Assembly (NCBI GenBank): GCA_002633005.1
Contig: NMRA01001023.1
Span: 4,976-68,975 of the forward strand
DNA from: Phoronis australis
Lineage: Eukaryota; Animalia; Phoronida
Direction of reading: 5' to 3'
Length of the DNA: 64,000 nucleotides
The translations under genes were made by a program, and so were the position numbers. Below are positions 38,901 to 49,166 of the stretch, piece by piece (position 1 is the stretch's first letter; the number at the start of each line of letters is the position of its first letter). A model generated the notes under the pieces. The model ran no database searches, was not told the origin of the DNA, and was given only the letters and a program-made list of their open reading frames with translations.

Positions 38901-41900
38901 GAAAAATAACACTACACAGTAAAGCCAGTAGATAGTTACAACCTTTGGGATTGCCATAGGCTCCCCTGTGTATTCCTGATTGGATGTTGTAGCAGTCCAT
39001 GTGACCTGTGTTGTAGCCAATGATGACAAAGTTACCACAGGAGGTGATGGCCACACACTGTCAACAATGAAGAANNNNNNNNNNNNNNNNNNNNNNNNNN
39101 NNNNNNNNNNNNNNNNNNNNNNNNNNNNNNNNNNNNNNNNNNNNNNNNNNNNNNNNNNNNNNNNNNNNNNNNNNNNNNNNNNNNNNNNNNNNNNNNNNNN
39201 NNNNNNNNNNNNNNNNNNNNNNNNNNNNNNNNNNNNNNNNNNNNNNNNNNNNNNNNNNNNNNNNNNNNNNNNNNNNNNNNNNNNNNNNNNNNNNNNNNNN
39301 NNNNNNNNNNNNNNNNNNNNNNNNNNNNNNNNNNNNNNNNNNNNNNNNNNNNNNNNNNNNNNNNNNNNNNNNNNNNNNNNNNNNNNNNNNNNNNNNNNNN
39401 NNNNNNNNNNNNNNNNNNNNNNNNNNNNNNNNNNNNNNNNNNNNNNNNNNNNNNNNNNNNNNNNNNNNNNNNNNNNNNNNNNNNNNNNNNNNNNNNNNNN
39501 NNNNNNNNNNNNNNNNNNNNNNNNNNNNNNNNNNNNNNNNNNNNNNNNNNNNNNNNNNNNNNNNNNNNNNNNNNNNNNNNNNNNNNNNNNNNNNNNNNNN
39601 NNNNNNNNNNNNNNNNNNNNNNNNNNNNNNNNNNNNNNNNNNNNNNNNNNNNNNNNNNNNNNNNNNNNNNNNNNNNNNNNNNNNNNNNNNNNNNNNNNNN
39701 NNNNNNNNNNNNNNNNNNNNNNNNNNNNNNNNNNNNNNNNNNNNNNNNNNNNNNNNNNNNNNNNNNNNNNNNNNNNNNNNNNNNNNNNNNNNNNNNNNNN
39801 NNNNNNNNNNNNNNNNNNNNNNNNNNNNNNNNNNNNNNNNNNNNNNNNNNNNNNNNNNNNNNNNNNNNNNNNNNNNNNNNNNNNNNNNNNNNNNNNNNNN
39901 NNNNNNNNNNNNNNNNNNNNNNNNNNNNNNNNNNNNNNNNNNNNNNNNNNNNNNNNNNNNNNNNNNNNNNNNNNNNNNNNNNNNNGGCCCAAATCATAAC
40001 CAGCCTTGAAATGGTCAATGTGAACCTTTCCCCGACAAAAATCGGGACTAAAAAAAAAAAAAAAATACCATCAGTAGCATGCGTCTGCGTCCTTTTAGCT
40101 CGCCCGTCCACTCCCAACCCACACATTTTTGGCTGCAGAGCGGTAGTATTTGTTGCCGCGCTTAACAATAACACGCGACGCCATTGAAAACCCCACCACG
40201 CTGTCCCAGATGCCTCGGCAATGTTGACAATTTACGTTTCTCCGAAACAAAAAGAGCAACTTCCACTTTTCGAGGTGAACGTCGTCTGCAACGCCGCGGT
40301 AAGAAAGGAAATTGCCGCTGAAATTTTATATCAAATCCGATTTTTTTTACGCGGAAATATTATATAAAAAGCGGAAAGCACATTTGAAAAAAGTGGAAAT
40401 CCGCGTTTCCGCGGAAAATTCCAAGCCCTGAGGACTTCAATTGTTGCAGGATTGCAAAAAATGTCTTTTTCAAGTGATGTATTCTATGCATAATTACCCA
40501 GTGCAAATTTCTTTTGTAATTAAGCCTGACCACCCCTGCCTTTCTGCTCCAACCCAAAGAATTACCTGCGCTCAGGATATTCTGTCCATTGTTACCATGA
40601 AATCTAACTTTGCACGGTGGTGCACTGTGCCCTGACCTGTGCCTCAGCAGACGGCCCCCACCGTCGGGCTGGTCAAAGATCCACACCTTGGAACAGAAAG
40701 GAACATTGCACCAATCCCGCAGACCAAGAATCAACATAGCATGTAGTTACATGTAGAGATCGTGGTTGGAATCTGACTTCTTTCACACAGCTTAAGATTT
40801 TGAAAGGAAATTACATAATTATAAGCCAGTAGCAGATACTACAATTCTAATATTTTTGTTTTTTGATTACCAACAAATAAAGAATATAATCAATCAAATT
40901 TGACAATTATCGGCAATAAATGTTCGCGAAACAGTTAACATGGTGAGCAGCAAATTGTCAGAAAAACGCAGCTGCAACTTAATTTCGTGGAATCAATAAT
41001 GCAATTCCAATACCGTTTTTAAGGTACTGATCACTTGGAAATAGTAAAACAAAATTTGGTATTAAGCAGAAAAAAAAACATAGAACTTTAGGTTGCTAAA
41101 ACAGATTTCTCAGTTTTTGAAAACGGAAAACCATCATTTCTATAAATGGCAAAGAAGACAATTACCAAGTTTCCTTGTACAAAGATGTACGTATGTCTAC
41201 AGGGATTGACAGGGAACCAAGTTATGACTTGGAGAGCAACAGAGCATATGGAGGTAGAAAATAGGGGAAAGCAGGGTTAATTGTTACAACTGGCCTGGCT
41301 CTCCCCAACATTTGAGCTCCTCAGGTGGTTATACTTCAGTAAATAACACAAAATTGATGACATAGTTAGTGTCAAAAAACGTGGAAATTCCTGGCTCCAC
41401 GAACACAGAACTTTGCAAAATCACTCTCCAATAATCCAATGATGACAAAAATGCATGCAAATCCTGGCGTGGAAATTACCACTGGGCAATGGCATCAAAA
41501 TAAGATAACTAAAACCCGGAATATTTGATGAGGACTAATCATTATCAATATTGTTTTTGACCAGGATAGCAGTGGATCTCCAGCCAAACTTCAATACAAT
41601 AAGGTAGACACCACTGTCCAAGCTTGAATAGGGCCATCTAATTTTCAGTTCGATTAATCTGACTAGTAAAGTAAAGATCATTCAAGCATGATGAATTTAG
41701 TGAAGTTGAAGAGTTACTAATTGTCGCTCACTTGCCTTAACTTTCTGTTTGAAGGGCATTACTTGCCATTAACAATTACTATGCCATACCTTTACAGAGT
41801 TATCTGCCGATGATGTGACCAACAGCGGCTCCGAAGGCAGGCACTTCATCCCCGATACGGCACCCTGGTGAGCATCACGTATCTCGCTCTGAAGACGGCG

Positions 41901-44900
41901 CTCCTCCAAGTTCCACAGGGCAATATGGCCGATGGAGCTGCCAGTAGCCATGATAGGGTGGCCATCTTGAGGCGAGAGAAAACTTCAAAGTAGCATTTTA
42001 GCTTGCACCTATCTATAATTTTCCCAAATTTCTCTACAACTGCTAAGTGTGCATTATGGAAACTCTAAATCTGAAAGCTGATGCACAGATAAATCTTGTG
42101 CATATTCATTACATGATCATGTTTCAAATCTTAGTTTTTTTCTGTAATACACTTGGAGCAGCTTTTAAATACAGCAAGATCGAATACTTAATATTCTTTC
42201 ACTGTCACTTTCACTATCAATTATTTTTGCATTTTCCCAGTCATTTTCTTGCGTGATCAGTGAAAGTGACACTAGACAAAGAAGAATAAGGGGATCTATC
42301 TGCGTTTGAAAAAAATCCAATGCCATGAACAGAGATGATGGCGCATTTAAACTTTCCTGCGTATATAACGTCATCTTGACCCTTAGTACGTCACTGGGTC
42401 ACACTGAGGAAGGAAGAAAACAACATCGACTTTCGAAAAACTTCTGCCATTTAATGATTTTCAGTATTTTTAGAAGAAATTTCTACTATAAATCTTTCCA
42501 CCTATTATTTTGAATATAGGCTCCTAGTTTTAAATCCAGAGGCATATTCACAACTAACTACAGTACAACAAAAAGCAAAAGAATAGCACAATTCCTGACC
42601 CACCTGTTCTGAATGTAATATTGGTGACTGGGCCCCAGTCCTGGGTAAATGTCATAACAGTCTCATCGTACTTCAGGTTGTGCAAAACGACGCGACCGTC
42701 TTGGAGACCAATAGCAACCACATCGACAGCCGGTGCCTGCATACAGTACACATCATATCAATGACAATGTCACTCTTAGGCCGAAATCATACATCATACA
42801 ACACAGTAACGATCTGGGCAGTAGAGTACACTGCACATCAAGGTAGTCCATGACAAATGACTTACTACCGTGTCCTGAGAGGGCTGACCTTTTGACCTAC
42901 TTATGATTCTGATGCAATGGACTAGGTGTTACAGTGATTTAAAAGGCATCAAGTCAGACAATTCCTTTACTTTAATGCATATACAAGGCATATCTTCACA
43001 AAATTCTCAAGACGTGATCTCCATATTTTAAATACAATTGAGGAGCTTCCCGAAATTTTTGCACATTTTTGTACCACAAAAATCTGACTCTACTGGCAAC
43101 AGCTTTAAGACACCCACCTGCTCGAGAGCGGTGACTGGCTCCGACCAACCACGGAATTCAAACAGTCGCCGGTTCGTACGTATGTTCCACAACTGCAATG
43201 CTCCCTGGTGGCTGGCCAACAGGACCTTGTTCAGGTAGGTGGTAGGGTGTATCATAGCAGTCACTAGGAATGACGTTGGATCAAACTGGATCTCCAGGTA
43301 GAGATCTGCAAAGATGGAATATCTAGTACGAGGATATCTCCCACTCAAGATTCTGTTTTCATTTTCCATAAGTTTCCAAGGACATCATTTTCATTTTCCA
43401 TTAACAACAGCACATTTTTCCAGAAGAATGTTGACATCTTTGCTTAGTGAGTTGCCAAAAATAAATGAATGCATAAACTTGCAATATGACTCATAAAATG
43501 AGTTTTTATCTTATGGCAACATTCCCTAAGTTTTTACTCTATTTTCCCTTTTTATGGAAAAACATTTTTGCCATTTTCCAAGAAGGATGACTAGGAGCCA
43601 AGATAGAAAGGATGACACCCACTCCGTGTTAGCTCTAGACTGGCACACCGAACAACTCGAAAAACGTCACTCGACAACGCCACCTCATTCAGCTCAGTGT
43701 GGTCACCGTAAGGAATAACCACATCCTCCATGTGCTCTTTTACACTGAGAGGAAAACCAACAGCAGACAATGGTGACACTGCACTCAGCCATGAACACAT
43801 TTGGTTTATAGTACAACGTAAAGACGAGCATGCTAAGTATCTGGAAGAATTTTTCAACTATGCAAACGACCTCAAATAAGCCGAAACCCACAATACAGCC
43901 ATAACTCTTGCCTGGCATCGGAAGGACATGGATTAGATGAATTTATGTAAAATGGAAACTGGCAGCAGAGAAGCACGTGAAACCTAACAGCATGAAAACA
44001 AGGTTGAAAAAATGCCAGCAGGATGTTAAAGGCAGCGAGTAGATTCTGTGGACATTATAAAGCACAGAGGGATTTCGCAATGTGACTAGACGAGGGTCAA
44101 ATTTGTAGAAGGCAATCTTTATGCTCAATGTGGTTATCAGGTGAAGTTCTTTATCTACTTGCAGTTAAAGGTTAAAGAGACCTATAACAAAGTAGGGTGG
44201 CTTCTATACAATGAAAAAACAACTTCTTTAAGGCAATCACGCCAAACAGATCGCATACTGTGATTCACTACAGTACAAGACAAAAAGAAGCAGACATAAC
44301 ACCACTTTCCACGTCACGACAGCTTATTCTGTTATCAGCAAAAATGACTGGTAATAACTATCAGAGCATCAAAATTCTAATTAAAAAATGGCTCAGCCAC
44401 CTTTCTAACCTTCCTATTAATTCCCCTTCATTCGTGTTCATCAGGGGAGACTACTCCGCCCAGCAGTCACGACAGGGAATTCCGGGTCATTTTGTTTGAA
44501 TACTTTTGGTTTGTAATGCGTGTCAAAAGTTACAAATTGCCACAGCAAACCTTCAGAAGCAATGTCCCAGATCTTCAGACAGCCTGTCGCATCAACGGAG
44601 ATGAGATGACCGCCAAACGGAAGGAGCAGGTGAACGTCTGCTTCGTGCCCTTCATAGGTATGACACACCTGGAAAATTAGGTAAACCACTACAGCTTTTG
44701 GGCACAAATTTTGTATATTTCACGGACTCTAACGACACCACATGAATGTCAGCCAATTTCCAACTGGCAGGAAAACCTCCAACTCAAGACTGCTTCAACG
44801 TCAGTCTTCCATAGTTCAAATTAAAGAGGTTTACTTGAGTCGTACTAGAATAAAAAAGCATAACTGCCAATACTTAAGAAGACTCCTGTTAAGGACATGA

Positions 44901-47900
44901 ACACTAAAGACAGCATACCTCAATACGACTGTTAGGATCAAACATTTAGTTTTGATCAACTGACTCTATGTGTTGTGCTTCATCTTGAGTATGTTGCATT
45001 CAAGAAGGCGAAACATCTTTAGATCAGAGATTTGTCCTTGAGAATGAACAAACGTATGTTCAAAGACCCAGAACCAATATATCAATGTATGAGTTTTACT
45101 GCTCTCTGTGTTTATGATCGGGCAGTTACTAACCTACGACCAAAACATTTTATTTCGTCTTCTTGAACGCAATGAACTAAAGATTGTGCGCAATATGTCA
45201 AGTCAGCATTTTACCACTACATGCCTGAAGGAAGGACAAAAGCATACTATTATAAACGAAGTAAAACACTTATGTGTATATTATGTTCCACACAATACAT
45301 TTAAAAACTTTGACAAGCTCGCTTTGTTTTCGTACTTACATAGTTATCAGTTAAAAGTGTTCATAATTCATCGTTGTCTTCTGTGATGATAGTAAAAACG
45401 AGAGAGGTTACTTACTACAAGACCATAAGTTAGTTAAGCCTGTAACTCAGGCTCTTGTTCACACGACTGATCTTTCCATTGTTACTTCCGGTTCAACAAT
45501 GGTGGGAAGATCAGTCATGTGAACAAGGGGCTGAGCTGCAGGCTCGAAATGTAATGATTACCTAACTTATAGTCTTCTAGTAACTTCTCTCGTTTTTACT
45601 ATATCAGTGTTCTCCACTATACACAATTAAAACACAACAGCAATTACAAAAATTCATATACATGTTTGAAAGTCTATGTTCATACTGCAAGGAAGTTTGT
45701 GCGTTAAGTCTTAGAATACATGCATCGAAATGGCACCAAAAATCCTAAATGTCCTAATTTACTAAAGAATTGCCAAATCTCCCAATATCTCAAACTGGTT
45801 GCATAGGTTTTCAAACTGGATGCTAGTAAGTCAAACTCGTCACTACAAAACTCAAACTTGACACACTGAAAGCAGGTCGAGGAGAACACAGTTATGATGA
45901 ACACCATGTACAATGAACAAAAAAGTATATTTTCTGTTTACGCAACACCACAAGAGTTACCTGTCTGCCTCTAGTGAATGCGCGAATCACAGGACCACAC
46001 GCTGTGTAAACTAAGGTCGCATCCACAGCAAGGCAACTAATATCACCAGGATGGCTATTACCTGAGAATGAAACACAGAAATCAACACCTGCAGACTTGC
46101 AATATGTCTCTATTTTTCAGCCTCTATTTAGAGGAGAGTACACCATTGTAGCTGTCAATGTCGAATTGACCCATCGCCAGGATTTGGAGTGACTGCTTAA
46201 TAACTGACCAACCAGAATGCAGCATTATTGACACACCTTCGTTTCTAAGCCGTCATTTTACCCGACAAACAACACGTTGTCAGGTAAAACTCATTGTTTG
46301 TTTGTTGACTTTTCCCAAGGAGGCGGAGCTTGCGGTAGGTCAATTCTTAACTGAAGAGCTCTAGGATTCAAAAACATTTTCACAGTTATCCGGTCCCTAA
46401 TTGTTACTGAATGAGATGGCACTATTTTTCAATTCACAATTTTAGAGTTGGCCAACTCTAATAAAACCTCAAACCTTTTCTTGAGTAAGTGACGTTTACG
46501 ATGATCTTGCTGGTAACAAAAACCAAGCCCTATCACAGTAAGGACCGTTTTAACATGAACATAGTGATTCGATTAAATATTTTTTAAACCTCAATACTCA
46601 ACACTGACAACAGTATCGATACACCTGGACAAATATTCAGCACTTTCTAATATATTGATTTGAGTTCTAGTGTTGAAAAAGTAGTATGCGGGATATAAGC
46701 CTGGGCTAATGTACCGAAATCTACAGTAAGCGATAAATTCCTATCACACGCAGCGCAGAGCACAGGGGTCCGTTTCATGAAAGAAACCTTAGACTAAAAC
46801 AGAAATTTAGTGTCATGGTCCCACTTTACAACTGATGAATAAAGGTTTAGCCAAGTAATTACGAGGGTATTACAGTCTAGAAAAAGTTAAGAAATTGTAT
46901 CAGTAACTAGCAGTTATGTGTATATACTCAAAGATTTTGCATTTTTGCTCAAGTGAGATTTAATTTTAAGAAATAATTGTGCAGAGCGTATGACTGAATT
47001 TCTCTCTTAAAGCCTAACTTCAACAGAATTTTGTTATTTTAGATGTATTGGGCTAACTAGGTAGTCCTAGCAAAGCCTTATCAAAATAAGAAAATGTGAA
47101 TTCTATCACGCAAATGCAGTCCCATCAAATGATAGGTGGAGCTGCCTTTTCGTGCCATATTGTGTCACTGCGAGATCCCAGGCAAAACAACAAAAGTTGT
47201 ATTGAATAGGGGTCTGTATAGGATACTATTGCGTGTGGGTGTTATTCACAGCTGTTTGAAATGAAAGGTGTTTCTCACGGTGACGTAGGCAAAAGCAAGC
47301 CAATACGCCTGACAGATCGTTACATTTGACAATTTGTGGCACTAGTGGGCTCAGAGCGATGCTCTTAATAACATACTGTAGGAGCAAAATTTACAGGTGT
47401 TACTGTTCAAGATAGTCACTTTTCATGAAACAGACAGGTGATGATAATATTTTAGAATAAGACCCAATTTAGCAGCAGATAAAGCAGTGTGGCCTAATGA
47501 GCCGAGTGTTTGCCTCCTGTTCGCAAGATCGTAGGTTCAAATCCCACTGGACCCCACTGCTAGTCCCTTAAGTCAGCTCTCTAGTTCCTCAGCTCAGTCT
47601 AAATTTGTGCATATGTTTATATGTACGAAAAATTGTTTCAAATATTTGAAGCAATGGGTCCAACTGAGCAGTGTGAGTGTGATGCAACGTGCATCTGATA
47701 ACTTGTACTATAGCTTCAGGGTGACAGAGGCCAAATGACCACAAGCAGTCACAAAATAAACAGGCAGATATACTTACTGACACTGACGATTCCCAACCTT
47801 GAACACTAAAAAAGATAACACAAGAAATGAAGATGAGACCTGAGATCAGAAAGCATAGTTGGCTTTTGTCACTGTGGTATCGAATTTTTTCTAGTTGCTC

Positions 47901-49119
47901 ATTTTGTCAGAGAAAATCCACAGAATTTTTCAGTTTTCACCTGACAAATCTCGGGTTTTCAAATCTTGCTTTCCATTGCTTATGTGCCTTTGTGCAGCTT
48001 GCTAAAAAAGCACCAGAGGAAATTGATGTGGGTGACTATTTGAGAGCAAAACCAAGTATGCTTTGTTGGCTGAACAGAGTGCTTATGGCATTTGTAACAT
48101 AAAAAGATATTCTGTAAATGTAGCCGACTTCTAAATTTTTTTAATATAAATAGCATGTTTGTTTTGGTCAAATGAAGCCACAGGACTAAGTCCAGAGTGT
48201 CATAGCTATAGCAAAGTGTATTGACTATTGGGGACGATCAAAAGCTGAGGATGCCTGTGGTTTCATCAGGGTCGCTGGTTCTATTCCCGGCAGGGCTCGA
48301 CATAACGAGCTGCAGGTCGCATTTGCGACCTGAAATTTGGAAATGCGAGCTGAGATTTTTGTCAGCTCGTATCAAGTCGCAAAATGCGACCTGGAATTTC
48401 CAACGAATGCGAGCTGAGTTTTTACACTTCTCGGCAGATACCGGGCAAATATAAAGCAGCTATTGTTATCCGACCATTACTTGGTTGTTGCCAAATCCAA
48501 GTTCAAACGGCCACTAACTGAGAACAGCCCTCCCGATGACTTGTAAGCAAGTCGCGTGACCATGGGATATGCAGAATCGAACTTTGATGCGTTTCATTGG
48601 CTAACATTTTCGGCCACTTATGCAAATTTCCGGATTTGCCGAAGAAAGTTTCGGGCCACATAACACGAGATAAAACCTCACAAAACAGTGGTGTTTCTAT
48701 TAATTCTTAAGCGATCAACTTATCAAAGTTTGTGGTGGACAAATACGTTTGTTTTTCGCTTAAGATGTCCTTATTACCTTTACCAAATATCCACGACAAT
48801 ATCCCTGATATCGCACTGCGGCACTGGTCGGTCCCGTTGTTAGCGTGCAAGCGGTCCCGGCAAGACAATCGTGACTTAGATATGTGCGCCTCGTTTTTAT
48901 CCCATAANTCAGTAGTAGGCCTAAAAAAGATTTCAATGAATTCAGTTTTCAGATTGATTAGTTTTCATAGCTTACATTGTACGTATGGAAAGCTTTGCCG
49001 ACACAGGTGACCACGTAATTCTCTTTGTGTTTTCGATGGTGTCGAACAGCAAGCGGTACATGGTTACTGTACATGCCTAGAGCCCTGTACCCCGTGAAGA
49101 TCTTACTGGAACTAGGCAT
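29776..49119 (-). CDS. WDR36: WD repeat-containing protein 36 (UTP21, SSU processome), multi-exon gene span
   Basis: 17 GT-AG exons with consistent phases translate to WDR36-like peptides (SKIFTGYRALG, HPTTYLNKVLL, APAVDVVAIGL, WIFDQPDGGGRLLRHRSGHSAP, VDGLNQL, AFSPNSHWLVS, KNKPKEPPKVPKLAPFFLPTIPGL, NYLKSATL*). Exons between 39057 and 40566 are missing, presumably in the N gap. Confidence 0.96.
30859..31046 (-). CDS. WDR36: WDR36 exon (LGPSRLDAEIRMLGPEGGG...FEFIQVVLGLFIK)
   Basis: Conserved Utp21-domain peptide; AG/GT boundaries. Confidence 0.92.
31669..31744 (-). CDS. WDR36: WDR36 exon (DSHVLKTNLSQPLSELGRLLQQDPT)
   Basis: TAG/GTGAG splice sites; phase-compatible; less conserved region. Confidence 0.8.
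32317..32433 (-). CDS. WDR36: WDR36 exon (LKNKPKEPPKVPKLAPFFLPTIPGL...EKQ)
   Basis: Utp21 signature motif; AG/GT boundaries. Confidence 0.93.
34089..34237 (-). CDS. WDR36: WDR36 exon (YKSPDQLASELVTLSLLPSSRW...LIK), start of Utp21 domain
   Basis: Conserved peptide; AG/GT boundaries. Confidence 0.92.
34971..35259 (-). CDS. WDR36: WDR36 exon (AFSPNSHWLVSSCM...LPSTSSQAE)
   Basis: WD repeats; AG/GT boundaries. Confidence 0.93.
35865..35973 (-). CDS. WDR36: WDR36 exon (MLAVALSNYTISVVDIETRNIIRKFSGH...DL)
   Basis: Conserved peptide; AG/GT boundaries. Confidence 0.92.
36677..36865 (+). mobile_element. tRNA-headed SINE, degenerate copy
   Basis: Duplicate of the 9147 copy. Confidence 0.62.
38314..38479 (-). 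CDS. WDR36: WDR36 exon (HDSCVRDVVVDGLNQL...LHRD)
   Basis: Conserved peptide; AG/GT boundaries. Confidence 0.92.
38943..39057 (-). CDS. WDR36: WDR36 exon (CVAITSCGNFVIIG...NIQSGIHRG)
   Basis: Conserved peptide; AG/GT boundaries. Confidence 0.92.
39986..40430. mobile_element. End of a hAT-like element running into the gap
   Basis: Terminus AATTCCAAGCCCTG (CAGGGCTT on minus strand) with repeated subterminal GCGGAAA motifs. Confidence 0.45.
40566..40686 (-). CDS. WDR36: WDR36 exon (VWIFDQPDGGGRLLRHRSGHSAP...NILSA)
   Basis: Conserved peptide; AG/GT boundaries. Confidence 0.93.
41790..41965 (-). CDS. WDR36: WDR36 exon (GHPIMATGSSIGHIALWNLE...ADNSVK)
   Basis: WD repeat; AG/GT boundaries. Confidence 0.93.
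42604..42736 (-). CDS. WDR36: WDR36 exon (APAVDVVAIGL...QDWGPVTNITFRT)
   Basis: Highly conserved peptide; AG/GT boundaries. Confidence 0.94.
43118..43305 (-). CDS. WDR36: WDR36 exon (LYLEIQFD...HPTTYLNKVLL...TALEQ)
   Basis: Signature HPxTYLNK motif; AG/GT boundaries. Confidence 0.93.
44551..44668 (-). CDS. WDR36: WDR36 exon (VCHTYEGHEADVHLLLPFGGHLISVD...ASE)
   Basis: WD repeat; AG/GT boundaries. Confidence 0.92.
45389..45602. mobile_element. Palindromic MITE / foldback element
   Basis: ATAGTAAAAACGAGAGA...TCTCTCGTTTTTACTAT; imperfect arms pair over ~95 bp around a short loop. Confidence 0.85.
45961..46061 (-). CDS. WDR36: WDR36 exon (NSHPGDISCLAVDATLVYTACG...RGRQ)
   Basis: CAG/GTAAC splice sites; in phase; homologous peptide. 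Confidence 0.9.
46766..47437. mobile_element. MITE related to 9811-10492
   Basis: GGGTCCGTTTCATGAAA ... TTTCATGAAACAGAC inverted ends. Confidence 0.55.
47484..47670 (+). mobile_element. tRNA-headed SINE
   Basis: A box TGGCCTAATG, B box GGTTCAAATCC, then a body (CACTGCTAG.CCCTT.AGTCAG.TCTCTAG.TCCTCAG) shared with copies at 9147 and 36677. Confidence 0.7.
47778..47805 (-). CDS. WDR36: WDR36 28-nt micro-exon (CSRLGIVSV+A)
   Basis: Polypyrimidine-TAG acceptor and GTAAGT donor; phase links exons 1 and 3; fills the expected peptide gap. Confidence 0.85.
48291..48907. mobile_element. hAT-like element end in WDR36 intron 1
   Basis: CAGGGCTCGAC start followed by subterminal palindromes GGTCGCATTTGCGACC and GTCGCAAAATGCGAC; right boundary uncertain (N at 48908). 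Confidence 0.4.
48976..49119 (-). CDS. WDR36: WDR36 first coding exon (MPSSSKIFTGYRALG...HTYN)
   Basis: ATG at 49119; donor GTAAG; WDR36 N-terminal motif. Confidence 0.93.
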
Positions 49120-49156
49120 CTTGATTCTTGTTAGCTTTTTCGTCACACGTGTGTTC

Positions 49157-49166
49157 CACTTCCGGG
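49157..49166 (-). promoter_or_regulatory. ETS/GABP-type motif CCGGAAGTG near the WDR36 start
   Basis: Exact motif ~40 bp upstream of the ATG; typical of housekeeping promoters; function inferred only. Confidence 0.45.

Larger units (their letters stand above)
27516..39074 (+). repeat. Large direct duplication, copy 2 (ends at N gap)
   Basis: Matches 1-11699 with SNPs and small indels. Confidence 0.97.

Noticed and set aside
38895-40174. Long ORFs of 339-380 aa
   Set aside because: Artefacts of translating N runs
47484-47555. tRNA gene
   Set aside because: No proper cloverleaf or terminator; continues into a body shared with SINE copies
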